Source: a bacterium (GTDB taxonomy: Bacteria; Patescibacteriota; Microgenomatia; Woykebacterales; RBG-16-39-9b). From it: DNA of 64,000 nucleotides. A program made the translations under genes and the position numbers. This document shows positions 54,809-64,000 of this stretch, in pieces. Within the stretch, counting starts at the first letter, position 1. Each line of letters begins with the position of its first letter. The stretch lies in assembly GCA_030704665.1 (NCBI GenBank), contig JAUYID010000009.1, positions 857,702-921,701 on the forward strand, read 5' to 3'. The notes under the pieces were generated by a model, which was given only the letters and a program-made list of their open reading frames with translations, made no database searches and was not told the DNA's origin.

Positions 54809-56578
54809 TTAAACATTAACAATAACAGGTAGCACCATCGGGCGGCGCTTGGTTTTTTGATAGAGGAAGCGCTCAAGATCATTCGTCACTTTTTCTCGGA
54901 CCGCAAGCCAGTTTTTCACTTTTTTCTGATCTTTATTTCCGTTCAGGGATTTTTTAACCACTTCGGTGGCTTCTTTGATCAAGCTTTCTGACTCTTTCAT
55001 GTAAACAAAGCCACGGCTGACAAGGTCTGGCTCACCAATAAGTTCATTGTGAGCTTTTTTCATGGTAATGATGACGACGACAATACCTTCTTCAGCCAGA
55101 ACTTTTCTATCCCGTAAAACGATTTGGCCGACATCGCCCACACCAATCCCGTCAACAAAGATCGCTTCCGTGTTGATATCCCCGGCGGTGTGGACTCCGG
55201 CGTGATCAAATTCGATGACTTCCCCCTCATCAAGAAGAAAAATGTTCTGATGGGGAACTCCGGCCTCTTCCGCTAGAATCGCGTACTGACGCATTTGTCT
55301 TTGCATCGCTGAGATGGGAACGACAAATTTTGGTTTGGTCAGGGAGAGCATCAGGAGTAGTTCTGCCTGCGCACCGTGACCGGAAACGTGAAAGTCTGAG
55401 GTAATGTCTGAATATTTAACATCTGCCCCCAACCGGGACAAATTGTCAATCATGTCATAGACTGCATCTTGGTTGCCCGGAATCGGGTCAGCTGAGAAAA
55501 TGACTTCATCACCGTCTTTAATAGAGATATAAGAGTGGTCCCCATTGGCAATACGGTTCAGAGCTGAACCAGGCTGTCCTTGAGAACCGGCAACTACAAT
55601 TGTCAGTTGTTTGTCCGGGATTCGATCCATGTCCTCCTGTTTAACAAAAATTTCCTTGGGAATTGAAAGGTAACCTAGCTCAAGGGCGGTCTGAACATTT
55701 TGATCCATTGACCGACCAACGATAACTACTTTGCGACCAAATTTTACTGAAGCGTTGATAGCTTGCTGTAGTCTAGAGATGTTGGAAGCAAAGGTTGTAA
55801 TAAAAACCCGACCGTGGGCTTTGCTCATCGCCTCTTCAAAGCGGTCTTGGATTGCCAATTCAGAAAGCGTGTTACCTGGTTTTTCACTGCGCAAACAATC
55901 ACTCATCAAGGCAAGGACTCCACTCGCACCTTTTTCACTCAAAAAGTCAGCATCAGTAGTTTTGCCATCAACCGGAGTCCAGTCGAATTTATAGTCTCCG
56001 GTGTGAATCGTCGTTCCAACTGGGGTAGTAAGAGCATAGCCAACCGAATCCGGAATTGAGTGGCTGACTCGAAAAGCTTCAATTTTGAAAGCTCCGAGCT
56101 GAAAGCTTTGCCGGGGCTCAATACGGTTCAGCTTGGTAAAGTTGAGTTTGTTCTGCTCTTTAAGCTTGGCCTCGATCATCCCAATCGTAAGCTTAGTTCC
56201 AAAAATTGGGGTTGAAAGCTGGTCAATCAAATAAGGCAAAGCTCCGATATGATCTTCGTGTCCATGGGTAATGAGAATACCGCGAATTTTCTTTAAACGA
56301 TCTTTCAGATACGTAATATCTGGAATAACCATATCAACTCCGTACATTAGCTCAGAGGGAAAACCCATACCGCAGTCAACAATAACAATATCGTCGTTGT
56401 ACTCGTACACATACATGTTTTTGGTGACCTGTCCGTTTCCTCCCAAAGGAATGAAACGCAACTTTCCAGGTTGAAAGGAATGAACTTTATCTACTTTCTC
56501 TTTTTGCTGAGGTTGATGTTGATTACCTCGGTTTTGGTGTTTTGGATAAAACTTTTTGTTTTTTGGATTTTTGCTCAT
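54809..56578 (-). CDS. rnj: Ribonuclease J
   Basis: THGHEDHIG, HSIPD, GSQG, HVSGH, RGFVY. Confidence 0.97.
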   Translation of the reverse strand: MSKNPKNKKFYPKHQNRGNQHQPQQKEKVDKVHSFQPGKLRFIPLGGNGQVTKNMYVYEYNDDIVIVDCGMGFPSELMYGVDMVIPDITYLKDRLKKIRGILITHGHEDHIGALPYLIDQLSTPIFGTKLTIGMIEAKLKEQNKLNFTKLNRIEPRQSFQLGAFKIEAFRVSHSIPDSVGYALTTPVGTTIHTGDYKFDWTPVDGKTTDADFLSEKGASGVLALMSDCLRSEKPGNTLSELAIQDRFEEAMSKAHGRVFITTFASNISRLQQAINASVKFGRKVVIVGRSMDQNVQTALELGYLSIPKEIFVKQEDMDRIPDKQLTIVVAGSQGQPGSALNRIANGDHSYISIKDGDEVIFSADPIPGNQDAVYDMIDNLSRLGADVKYSDITSDFHVSGHGAQAELLLMLSLTKPKFVVPISAMQRQMRQYAILAEEAGVPHQNIFLLDEGEVIEFDHAGVHTAGDINTEAIFVDGIGVGDVGQIVLRDRKVLAEEGIVVVIITMKKAHNELIGEPDLVSRGFVYMKESESLIKEATEVVKKSLNGNKDQKKVKNWLAVREKVTNDLERFLYQKTKRRPMVLPVIVNV

Positions 56579-56584
56579 AATTTT

Positions 56585-57205
56585 TTAGAAAAGTCCCATT
56601 TGAGGGTCTGACTCATCCGTTTCCGGTTTATTTAATTCTAACCCATGATCAGGGTCTTTGAGAACTTCGGAGTTGTCATGAAAATCTTTTTTAAAAGCTT
56701 CCATCAAGCCAGTTGAGCGTAAAGCCGCTGCCGGGTGGTACATAGGCAAAACCACTTGGTTACCAGCCCGAACTACTTGACCATGGACAAAACTAATCTT
56801 TGCGCTGGGCAAATAGCGGGCCAAAGAATACCTTCCCAAAGTAACAATGAGCTTTGGCCGTATTATCTCTACTTGCTGGTCTAGCCAGAGCCGGCAAGCT
56901 GAAATTTCCGCCGGTAGGGGGTCTCTGTTTTCCGGCGGCCGGTGTTTAACGACGTTGCCAATGAAAACTTCCTCCCGTTTCATCCCGATTTCTCCCAAAA
57001 CTTGGTTTAACAATATTCCTGCTCGTCCAACAAAAGGGCGGCCCTGCTGGTCTTCGTAAAAACCCGGCCCCTCACCAATGAAAACAACCTTCGCCTCTGG
57101 ATTGCCTTCCCCGGGAACCGCATGGGTCGTGCCTTTCCAAAGTTCACAACGCTGACAAACTTCAATCTTTTTTGCAATATCAGCTAAGAGAGCTGTTTTG
57201 TCCAT
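56585..57205 (-). CDS. Uracil-DNA glycosylase family 4
   Basis: GEGPG..ED..GRPFVG, HPAA. Confidence 0.93.
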   Translation of the reverse strand: MDKTALLADIAKKIEVCQRCELWKGTTHAVPGEGNPEAKVVFIGEGPGFYEDQQGRPFVGRAGILLNQVLGEIGMKREEVFIGNVVKHRPPENRDPLPAEISACRLWLDQQVEIIRPKLIVTLGRYSLARYLPSAKISFVHGQVVRAGNQVVLPMYHPAAALRSTGLMEAFKKDFHDNSEVLKDPDHGLELNKPETDESDPQMGLF

Positions 57206-57236
57206 CTCTTCGGGCTTAATACCAATCAGAAAGTGG

Positions 57237-59312
57237 CTAGAACTTCTTTGCTAAGTTTAGACGACCTTGACTATCGATTTCCGTCACTCGGACTTTCATC
57301 GAATCTCCCACCTTGACCTCTTTGTGAATGTCTTCAACTCGGTAAGGAGCTATCTTGGAGATATGTACCAGACCTTCCTTGCCGGGCATGATCTCAACAA
57401 AAGCCCCAAACTCCATCACTTTTTTGACCATTCCGTCGTATTCTTCGCCTGGCTTTGGCTCATGAGTCAGACCTTCAATCCAGGTCTTCGCCTTCTCAGC
57501 GGCGGCGGGGTCAGAACCGGAAATCATCACTGTTCCGTCATCCTCAATGTCAATAGCAACCCCAGTTTCGTCAATGATCTTGTTGATTGTTTTTCCACCA
57601 CTACCAATGACCTCACCGATTTTCTTGGGTGGAATGTGCATGACGGTCACTCGTGGAGCGTATTTTGACAGATCGGAGCGAGTTTCGGGAATTGTGGAGA
57701 GCATCTTACTGAGAATAAAGGCGCGTCCTTCTTTGGCAGCAGCAAAGGTTTCTTCAACCATTTTTTGGCTCAAACCATCGATCTTGACGTCGAGTTGAAT
57801 CGCGGTAATTCCCTTCTCACTACCAGCGATTTTGAAATCCATATCTCCGTAAAAATCCTCAAGGGCTTGGATATCAGTCAAGACTTTGTACTTTTCTCCC
57901 TCGGTAACCAATCCCATAGCTACTCCCGAAACGGGAGCGGAAATTGGTACTCCGGCATCCATCAGGGCTAGAGTTGATCCACAAGTCGCTCCCATTGAAG
58001 TTGATCCAGAAGAAGACATCACTTCGGAGACCAGCCGTATTGTATAGGGAAACTTATCTTCTGCCGGAATTACTGGCTTGAGAGCCTTCTCTGCCAAAGC
58101 TCCGTGACCAATTTCACGCCGACCTGGGGAGCCAACCCGACGTACCTCTCCGGTTGAGAAAGGAGGAAAAGTGTAGTGGTGCATAAAACGTTTTGTATCT
58201 TCACCCTCCATACCATCAATTATTTGTTCTAGAGATGTAGACGCCAGTGTTGCCACGGTAAGAACTTGAGTGTCTCCACGGGTAAAGAGCCCTGATCCAT
58301 GAGTTCGAGGCAGAAGACTTACCTCAGTAGTGATTTTGCGAACTTCAGTCAATTCTCTACCATCCGGTCTTTTTTGATCTTTGATGATTGCTTCTCGAAC
58401 CATTTTTTTGACGGTCTCTTCAAAAATTTCGCTTATTTCGTCTTTGGAGATTCTTTCCTCAAACTCTGCAAACAGCTCTTCTTTAAATTCTAGAGCCGAT
58501 TCTTCTCTAGCAGCTCTTTCTGGGTTGAATAGCTTCTCTTTGAACCCCGATTTAATTTTTTCTACAATTTCTTTTTTGATTGTTTCGTCAATTTTCTTTG
58601 GCTCGTATTCTTTCTTGATTTGCCCCATCTCGGAAGTAAACTCTTCGATAAATTTCAGCACTGGAGCAGCGTTTTTACGGGCAAACTCAATGGCTTTGAT
58701 CATAACGTCTTCAGGAACCTCTCTGGCTCCCGCCTCAATCATGACGACTTTATCTTTGTTGAAAGAGACCGTCAGCTCGAGCTCAGAAGTTTCCAAATCG
58801 GTTTTGGTTGGGTTGAGGATAAATTCCCCGTCTTTGTAACCAACTTTGGCGGCCGAAACCGGTCCGGCCCAGGGCACGTGCGAGCTATGCAAAGCTGCTG
58901 AAGCGGCGATCAAGGCGACAATATCAGGATCGTTTTCTTGGTCGTAAGAAAGAATCGTCAAGATGACTTGAACTTCGTCAAAATAGTCCTTGGGGAAAAG
59001 CGGTCGAATCGAGCGGTCCACGAGACGTCCGTTGAGAATTGCGTCTTCCGTAGGTCTACCTTCCCGTTTAACAAAACGAGAACCAGAAATTCGCCCGGCA
59101 GCATAGAGCCTTTCTTCATAATCAACTGACAGTGGAAAATAACCCAAATCCTCCTTTGGAGTAGAGGCAACTACTGTTGCCAGTAGAACAGTGTCTCCAT
59201 AGCGAGCGATAATGGCCCGATCGGCTTGATTGGCGATTTTGCCGGTATCAAACGACAAAGTCCGTCCACCCCAAGAAATTTCTTTCTTGATTTCTTTTTT
59301 TACTTTATTCAT
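57237..59312 (-). CDS. pnp: Polynucleotide phosphorylase
   Basis: RSIRPLF, RREIGHG, GDMDFK, KH and S1 domains. Confidence 0.98.
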   Translation of the reverse strand: MNKVKKEIKKEISWGGRTLSFDTGKIANQADRAIIARYGDTVLLATVVASTPKEDLGYFPLSVDYEERLYAAGRISGSRFVKREGRPTEDAILNGRLVDRSIRPLFPKDYFDEVQVILTILSYDQENDPDIVALIAASAALHSSHVPWAGPVSAAKVGYKDGEFILNPTKTDLETSELELTVSFNKDKVVMIEAGAREVPEDVMIKAIEFARKNAAPVLKFIEEFTSEMGQIKKEYEPKKIDETIKKEIVEKIKSGFKEKLFNPERAAREESALEFKEELFAEFEERISKDEISEIFEETVKKMVREAIIKDQKRPDGRELTEVRKITTEVSLLPRTHGSGLFTRGDTQVLTVATLASTSLEQIIDGMEGEDTKRFMHHYTFPPFSTGEVRRVGSPGRREIGHGALAEKALKPVIPAEDKFPYTIRLVSEVMSSSGSTSMGATCGSTLALMDAGVPISAPVSGVAMGLVTEGEKYKVLTDIQALEDFYGDMDFKIAGSEKGITAIQLDVKIDGLSQKMVEETFAAAKEGRAFILSKMLSTIPETRSDLSKYAPRVTVMHIPPKKIGEVIGSGGKTINKIIDETGVAIDIEDDGTVMISGSDPAAAEKAKTWIEGLTHEPKPGEEYDGMVKKVMEFGAFVEIMPGKEGLVHISKIAPYRVEDIHKEVKVGDSMKVRVTEIDSQGRLNLAKKF

Positions 59313-59324
59313 TTACTTTTAAGC

Positions 59325-59408
59325 TGGAAAAGAGTGAGGAACCAACGTGACCAAAAATTCTTTCTTTTTAAGAAACCTTGGTTACATCGGTTCAATCACT
59401 TCTTTCCA
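59325..59408 (-). promoter_or_regulatory. Long imperfect stem-loop in the rpsO-pnp spacer (candidate RNase III site)
   Basis: Nested inverted repeats TGGAAA/TTTCCA, AGTGA/TCACT, GAACC/GGTTC, ACCAA/TTGGT, TTTCTT/AAGAAA. Confidence 0.65.
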
Positions 59409-59439
59409 AAACCTCCTTTTTTAATTTTTAAATTTTAAT

Positions 59440-59709
59440 CTACTTACTTAAACCCAGTTTTGAAACAATCGACTTGTAGCGATCTGGGTCTTTTCTGGTC
59501 AAATAAACCAAGATTCGACGTCGTTTATTGACCATTTGCAGCAAACCACGTCGAGAGTGAACATCTTGTTTGTGCTCTTTCAAATGTTCAGTCAAGCGTT
59601 TGATTCTTTCAGAAAGCAAAGCAATTTGGACCTCTGGTGAACCAGTGTCCCCTTGATGCTGGGCAAAATCCTGCAAAATCTTTTGTTTTTCGTCTTTCTC
59701 TAATGCCAT
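59440..59709 (-). CDS. rpsO: 30S ribosomal protein S15
   Basis: [17 protein letters not shown]. Confidence 0.98.
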   Translation of the reverse strand: MALEKDEKQKILQDFAQHQGDTGSPEVQIALLSERIKRLTEHLKEHKQDVHSRRGLLQMVNKRRRILVYLTRKDPDRYKSIVSKLGLSK

Positions 59710-59782
59710 TTTTACCTCAATTTAACTGACTTTGCTTCAATTATAACAGATTCGAGGCTAAGCTCGCAACCGCAGAAGACTC

Positions 59783-60583
59783 TTAGCTAGTTTTTGAACT
59801 CCTCATCACCTCTGGCGAAAACCAATCAACTCCTTTTTCTGCTTCAGTGAGACCAGTGCTAACTGTTCCAGGAAAGTTTTTAATTTTGGTACAGTAAGCT
59901 GCGTGCTCAAAAGTAAGTGGGTTTTTCACCTCTTCAAAGTTTTTGGTTGCGCTGCGCATTCCAAACAAAAGTAGCTCCGCCACCTTTGAGTTAGCCGCAA
60001 TATGAGTCTGCTCGAAAACAGTACTGACCAAGCCGCTGATTGAGTCCTCTTGTCCATCAACTACATTTACCTTCCCGTAACTAGCGTTACTGGCCTGATT
60101 GTCAATATTGATGGTCGGAATGGATTGGAAAATATTGCGGTCAATTTTTTCAGCTGACAGCTCGCTTGGATTGGAAATCCCAAGAGAAATAATTAGATCA
60201 TAATCTACTCCCCGATGAGAGTACTCAACTGCAGTTGGGTCAAGTTTCTTCCCAGAAGGGGTGATGATCAAATTAAACTTTTCTCCTTCAACACTGTAAC
60301 TAACTTTTTCAATCATGTTTTGCGACCAGTTAAATGAAACGACCAGATTGATCGGATCCAGATGGCTTTTTATCGTCGCAACCTTTTCCAAATTCTTGGC
60401 TGCATCCGGAAGGGTACCAAAACAAACAACCTCAACATTTTTTCCAATTTGCCCCCCAATCTCAGCCCAAGACAAGGCAGCGGCAACACTATCGGTACTA
60501 GGTTGATCCGAAAGTATGACTAAAGCTTTTTGAGCATTTCTCAAAAGATCCAGTATTTGTGTTCCTGCAATATTGATCTTCAT
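59783..60583 (-). CDS. Degenerate DHH-family (NrnA-like) protein
   Basis: DHH fold layout with SDQPSTD and INIDNQ replacing catalytic motifs; follows infB. Confidence 0.65.
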   Translation of the reverse strand: MKINIAGTQILDLLRNAQKALVILSDQPSTDSVAAALSWAEIGGQIGKNVEVVCFGTLPDAAKNLEKVATIKSHLDPINLVVSFNWSQNMIEKVSYSVEGEKFNLIITPSGKKLDPTAVEYSHRGVDYDLIISLGISNPSELSAEKIDRNIFQSIPTINIDNQASNASYGKVNVVDGQEDSISGLVSTVFEQTHIAANSKVAELLLFGMRSATKNFEEVKNPLTFEHAAYCTKIKNFPGTVSTGLTEAEKGVDWFSPEVMRSSKTS

Positions 60584-60629
60584 AGATTTGTAATTGTAAC
60601 CTAAGCAGGGAAATAGGTAAACCTATAGG

Positions 60630-62075
60630 TCAACGAACAGCTTCAATTATATCACCGACTGCAAAATCAGCTTTTCCTTCCAGAGTCATGCCAAATTCAT
60701 CACCAACAGAGGCTGAATTGATGTCTTCTTGCAAATGTTTCATCGTTTTGATTTTCGCAGTACCGAGATTTCTTTCCCCGCGCGTAATATTTACTTTGTC
60801 TCCTTTACTCAGCTGGCCTTCGCTAACCTTACAACCAGCAACTCGGGCCGCATCGGCTTTGAAAATAGCGACAACCTCAGCTTTACCGACTACCTCTTCT
60901 TTTTTGACGTTGAGCAAAGCATCAACCCCTTCTTTGAGTTCGTCAAGCAATTCGTAAATAAGATTGTAGCTTCGGATCAGGACCTTGTCTTCCGCAGCTA
61001 AACTCGCGACCGTTTTTGAAACCGGAGCGTTAAAAGCAATGATGATCGACTTGGTTGAGGCAGCAAGCAAAATATCTGACTCAGTCACTTCCCCGGTTTC
61101 TTTGTGGACCACATTTACTTTACCTTCAGAAACCTCAATACTTTCAATTGCAGCGTTGATCGCTTCCAACGACCCGGCTGTGTCAGCTTTGAGAAGGAGG
61201 CGAACTTCTTTTACTTTTGGAACAAAGATATCGTCTCTTTCTTGTTGTTTCTTTTCTTCACCCACTTTGCCTTTTCCCAGGGTAAAAACTTCCCCAACCG
61301 CCGGGACGGCAGTCAAACCCAAAATGCCTACCGGCATTGAGCCCACGGCTTGGCTAACTCGTTCTCCGTTAGAAGTAATCAAAGCCTTGATACGTCCACT
61401 GGCACTATTACTGACAACCTGGTCCCCGACTTTTAGTGATCCTTTTTTTACCAAAATTGTTGCTACCGCTCCGCGATATTTATCCAAGCTGGAGTCGATG
61501 ACGACACCCTCAAAATTTGCTTGGGAAGTATCTTTCAACTCTGCTAAATCGCTCACCAAAAGAATCATTTCAAGAAGTTCTTTGACCCCCTCGCCGCTTT
61601 TGGCAGAGATCGGCACGGCTACCACGTCTCCACCATAACCTTCAACCAAGACGCCTTCGGCTGCTAAGCCTTTTTTCACTCGTTCTACATTGGCTCCGGG
61701 AGCGTCCATTTTGTTGATGGCCACTACCATGGGAACGTTGGCAGCTTTGATATGACTGATTGATTCTTTGGTTTGCGGCATGACCCCATCGTCAGCAGCA
61801 ACAACAAGAACTACAAGGTCGGTAACGGCAGCTCCTCGGGAACGCATGGCGGAAAAAGCCGCGTGTCCCGGAGTATCAATGAAAGTGATTATTCTGCCGT
61901 TTACTTCTGCTTGATAAGCGCCGATGTGCTGAGTGATGCCTCCATGCTCTGAAGAAGCAACACGGGCTTTGCGAATGTAGTCTAGTAACGTAGTTTTACC
62001 GTGGTCAACGTGCCCCATGACAGCGACCACTGGGGGACGGGTTTGAATTTTAGCATTTGTTTTTGCTTTTGCCAT
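60630..62075 (-). CDS. infB: Translation initiation factor IF-2 (short, no N-domain)
   Basis: [29 protein letters not shown]. Confidence 0.96.
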   Translation of the reverse strand: MAKAKTNAKIQTRPPVVAVMGHVDHGKTTLLDYIRKARVASSEHGGITQHIGAYQAEVNGRIITFIDTPGHAAFSAMRSRGAAVTDLVVLVVAADDGVMPQTKESISHIKAANVPMVVAINKMDAPGANVERVKKGLAAEGVLVEGYGGDVVAVPISAKSGEGVKELLEMILLVSDLAELKDTSQANFEGVVIDSSLDKYRGAVATILVKKGSLKVGDQVVSNSASGRIKALITSNGERVSQAVGSMPVGILGLTAVPAVGEVFTLGKGKVGEEKKQQERDDIFVPKVKEVRLLLKADTAGSLEAINAAIESIEVSEGKVNVVHKETGEVTESDILLAASTKSIIIAFNAPVSKTVASLAAEDKVLIRSYNLIYELLDELKEGVDALLNVKKEEVVGKAEVVAIFKADAARVAGCKVSEGQLSKGDKVNITRGERNLGTAKIKTMKHLQEDINSASVGDEFGMTLEGKADFAVGDIIEAVR

Positions 62076-62100
62076 AAAAATTTCTCAAAAAGAAAGTTTC

Positions 62101-63186
62101 TCATTTCGAACTTTTCTTGGTTGTTTTCTTTCTAGTCTTTTTGGCAGGTTTTGCCTTCGTCTCTTTCTTCCCTTTCTTTGCTTTGGTTGTTTTCTTTTTC
62201 GTTTCCTTTTTCTCAGGTTTTTTCTCTTCTTCATCTTCGAAGCTGGTAAGCCCAGCTCCCTTGATATCAATTCTCCAGCCAGTGAGTTTGGCCGCCAGAC
62301 GGACGTTTTGGCCATCTTTTCCAATCGCGAGAGAAAGCTGGTCTTCAGGAACCTCCACGTGAGCCGTTTTTTCCTCAGTAGCAACACTAACTTTGTCGAC
62401 CGTTGCTGGAGAAAGCGCGGCGGCGACAAATTTTGCTGGGTCATCGCTATAGGCAATTACGTCTATTTTTTCATTTCCCAACTCAGCAATGACTGCTTGC
62501 ACCCGAACACCTTTTTGTCCGACACAGCTACCAACCGGGTCAACGCCGGCTTGACGAGAAGAAACTGCGACCTTGCTGCGGGCACCGGCCTCACGGGAGA
62601 TGGCTTTGATTTCTACAATATTCGAACCGATTTCCGGAACTTCAAGTTTAAAAAGGCCCTCAACTAATCCTTTGCTCGAGCGCGAGACGATGATATCCTG
62701 ACCTCGTGAAGATTCCTTGATTCCAACGATATAGAATTTTAATCTTTGGTTGAGGCGGTACTCCTCTCCGGGAATTTTTTCGACTCCGGGCATGATAGCT
62801 TCGGTTTTCCCCAAATCTACCACCACATTTGGCCCTTCCAACCTTTGGATCATGCCGTTGGTGATAGTACCAACTCTTTTTTCATATTCGGAGAAAATTG
62901 CTCCCTTTTCCGCTTCTCGTATTCGTTGCAGAAGAACTTGTTTGGCTGTTTGTGCAGCAATTCGACCAAAGCCTTCCGGAGTGACATCCTTACCGTCTTT
63001 ATAGACTTTGGCTTCTCCACTCGTCGGGTCAATATCAGCATCAAGCTCCTCAACTTCCCCACCATAATCTTTTCGGTAGGCAGCTTTGATTGCTTCCTTG
63101 ATGATAGAAACAACCTCAGCCGGATCTATCCCGCGCTCAGCGGCGGCTTGGTTGAGAGCAGCTGCAAATTCTGTTCGTAGAGCCAT
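62101..63186 (-). CDS. nusA: Transcription factor NusA
   Basis: FGRIAAQTAKQV, S1, GSCVGQKG, LAIGKDGQNVRLAAKL. Confidence 0.98.
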   Translation of the reverse strand: MALRTEFAAALNQAAAERGIDPAEVVSIIKEAIKAAYRKDYGGEVEELDADIDPTSGEAKVYKDGKDVTPEGFGRIAAQTAKQVLLQRIREAEKGAIFSEYEKRVGTITNGMIQRLEGPNVVVDLGKTEAIMPGVEKIPGEEYRLNQRLKFYIVGIKESSRGQDIIVSRSSKGLVEGLFKLEVPEIGSNIVEIKAISREAGARSKVAVSSRQAGVDPVGSCVGQKGVRVQAVIAELGNEKIDVIAYSDDPAKFVAAALSPATVDKVSVATEEKTAHVEVPEDQLSLAIGKDGQNVRLAAKLTGWRIDIKGAGLTSFEDEEEKKPEKKETKKKTTKAKKGKKETKAKPAKKTRKKTTKKSSK

Positions 63187-63251
63187 GTTTTTTCCTTTTT
63201 GTAACTACACCTTATAACTGAGCGAAGACTGCTTTTTTTTGATCTCTGATC

Positions 63252-63278
63252 AAAAAAAGTGGGTTTTTAATTCCCACT
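63252..63278 (-). terminator. Attenuator hairpin in the nusA leader
   Basis: AGTGGG-AATTAAAAA-CCCACT followed by a T-run. Confidence 0.7.
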
Positions 63279-63311
63279 AATCTAGTCTCTTACATTGAAT
63301 TGTCGAAGTTT

Positions 63312-63340
63312 AATATACCACTCCGGATTTTTTAGGTCAA
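63312..63340 (-). promoter_or_regulatory. sigma70 promoter of nusA-infB
   Basis: TTGACC, 17 nt, TATATT with TG extension. Confidence 0.75.
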
Positions 63341-63353
63341 GATAGGCAGCGTT

Positions 63354-63998
63354 TTAAGGGGAGACTTTAGTTACTTTATCAAAAGTTGCGGTCGAGAGCT
63401 TAGTTGCATCGTGAGCAGTCACCGCCAAGGTATCATAAACAGTGTTGTTCATGGGGAAACTCACACTTCCAACCTGGGTCCAACTAACTCCGTTACTTGA
63501 TTTGTAGGCTGTGTAGGTATTTACAGTTCTCTTCAGTCTCAACCAACAGTTGGGGAAAGAGCAACTAGTGTTGGGGTTGACGTAAACCGCAGAAGCGTTG
63601 GTTGAGTTGCGGTATTGGAAGGCAATCCCGTGACCTGGGGTGACCGCGACAAAGACGTTCTTTGCCCCCTGAGCTGTACTTTCTCGCATCATTACTCCTG
63701 CTTTGGCCCATTCATTCGTGTTCGTTTGAGAAGTAACACGAGCAGTAAAGACCTGGTCGCGGGATCTGCCTGAATAAAGAGCTCGGAAGGAATCGGCTGT
63801 ATTCCAAATATCATTACCCGAACCTTTCAGGGTATAAATCCCACCGGAAAGAGTTGAAGATCCAGCCAAACCACCACCAATATCGGTTTGAATCCAGCCT
63901 GAAATTGCTCCTTTACAGTACTTTGCCTTGACAAACCAATCTGAGACAATATCTTGATCCTTAGAGTCCAAACTCCCATCTGTATTTAGATCAAAACG
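63354..63998 (-). CDS. 3' end of a surface protein with dockerin/EF-hand-like loop and ConA-like beta-sandwich (partial)
   Basis: Frame open to the window edge: RFDLNTDGSLDSKD, then GNDIWNTADSF, WAKAGVMMRES, WLRLKR. Confidence 0.7.
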   Translation of the reverse strand, partial: RFDLNTDGSLDSKDQDIVSDWFVKAKYCKGAISGWIQTDIGGGLAGSSTLSGGIYTLKGSGNDIWNTADSFRALYSGRSRDQVFTARVTSQTNTNEWAKAGVMMRESTAQGAKNVFVAVTPGHGIAFQYRNSTNASAVYVNPNTSCSFPNCWLRLKRTVNTYTAYKSSNGVSWTQVGSVSFPMNNTVYDTLAVTAHDATKLSTATFDKVTKVSP

Positions 63999-64000
63999 CT

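Overview
Patescibacteria (CPR) chromosome segment, probably Microgenomates-like. This is inferred from the absence of rpmD/L30 in the spc operon, the short IF2 and AlaRS, and the alaS / FtsA-like / baseplate-J-like / ruvX / mltG block. About 1-15 kb is accessory: metalloprotease-like genes, a PlsC-like acyltransferase, GNAT, APH-type kinase, a CsoR-controlled copper operon and a Zur/Fur-ZIP unit with visible operators. About 15-63 kb is core and almost all on the minus strand: str-S10-spc-alpha superoperon, rpoBC, mltG/ruvX/alaS, ftsK, rnj, pnp, rpsO, infB, nusA. Main unexplained signal: a family of ~53-bp intergenic elements inside core operons (infA/rpmJ, rpmJ/rpsM, rplN/rplX, rpoB/rpoC, ftsK/rodZ-like, plus a degenerate copy at rplE/rpsN). 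The four full copies have a covarying outer stem around a conserved A/T core. Each copy lies in a short unannotated open frame running from near the upstream stop to the downstream start, often with (A/G)TGA overlaps. RpoC also has GADFDGD in place of the near-universal NADFDGD catalytic motif. All calls are from reading the sequence; no searches or folding programs were run.
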